Translations under genes and position numbers: made by a program
In this document: piece after piece, positions 36,618 through 36,985 of the stretch
Layout: the number at the start of each line of letters is the position of its first letter
Position numbering within the stretch: position 1 is the first letter of the stretch
The notes under the pieces: model-generated
The model's database searches: none
Told to the model about the DNA's origin: nothing
What the model saw: the letters and a program-made list of their open reading frames with translations, nothing else
From: Thelocarpon superellum
Taxonomy: Eukaryota
Direction of reading: 5' to 3'
Assembly (NCBI GenBank): GCA_026025795.1
Contig: JAPEUG010000145.1
Location: 1 to 36,985 of the forward strand
DNA length: 36,985 nucleotides

Positions 36618-36680
36618 GCGGTTGATGGCAACCTCCACAGCGCTCAACGACTGAGGAACGTGGAGGTTGCCATCAACCGC
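36618..36680. repeat. Perfect 21-bp inverted repeat with 21-nt spacer
   Basis: GCGGTTGATGGCAACCTCCAC (36618..36638) and GTGGAGGTTGCCATCAACCGC (36660..36680). Confidence 0.95.
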
Positions 36681-36985
36681 GGCAATTCATGTCGAAGACC
36701 CACCCCCCGCTTTGGCCCCTTCGACTCTGCCAGGAGCGTATGAGTCCTGTAGGGTATGAGCCGGGCGGACAGCGGCACGAGAGGGGGCGCGGCTAACCAG
36801 AGCGGTCAAAGCCCATGCCCTTTCCTCGCCGCCGCTTTGGGCAGCGGATGATGAGTCAATTCAGCCAAGGGAATTCGGTCGTACCGGCCGTCATGGCGAT
36901 CGACATGTATGTCTGGTCTGAATGAAGACATCTCTGCCGACCTCTGGGGCTCGCGAGCCTGCACGCACGGCATAATGCGTCTTGT

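Noticed and set aside
1..36985. CRISPR arrays, tRNA, rRNA, snRNA, telomerase template, TPP riboswitch, hammerhead ribozyme
   Set aside because: No diagnostic motifs recognised by eye; a covariance-model scan is needed to exclude them formally.

Overview
GC-rich, intron-containing DNA from a filamentous ascomycete (Pezizomycotina-type GT..CTRAC..AG introns), so the ORF track has to be re-spliced by eye. Eleven protein genes were reconstructed: the 3' end of LSM12, an SLC35C2/YMD8-like nucleotide-sugar transporter, a PilB-type eisosome BAR protein, a Cys-rich single-TM protein, an RCR-family TM protein (absent from the ORF track), a 5-exon fungal G-domain protein with a broken Walker A motif, ARL8, RPA135, CUL3, UTP20 and ZIM17. 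The most unusual structure lies in the divergent CUL3/UTP20 promoter (24871-25751): four solo LTRs of two families nested inside one another, two with intact 5-bp target-site duplications, and both families carrying paired or helically phased CACGTG (E-box/Cbf1-type) sites like those at 26287-26313. Other leads are a probable pseudo-GTPase, a start codon split by an intron that also encodes an in-frame PY-motif N-terminus for PilB, a poly-Gly expansion in the Pol I zinc-binding domain, and a perfect 21-bp hairpin. No database searches were run; family calls rest on recalled motifs.
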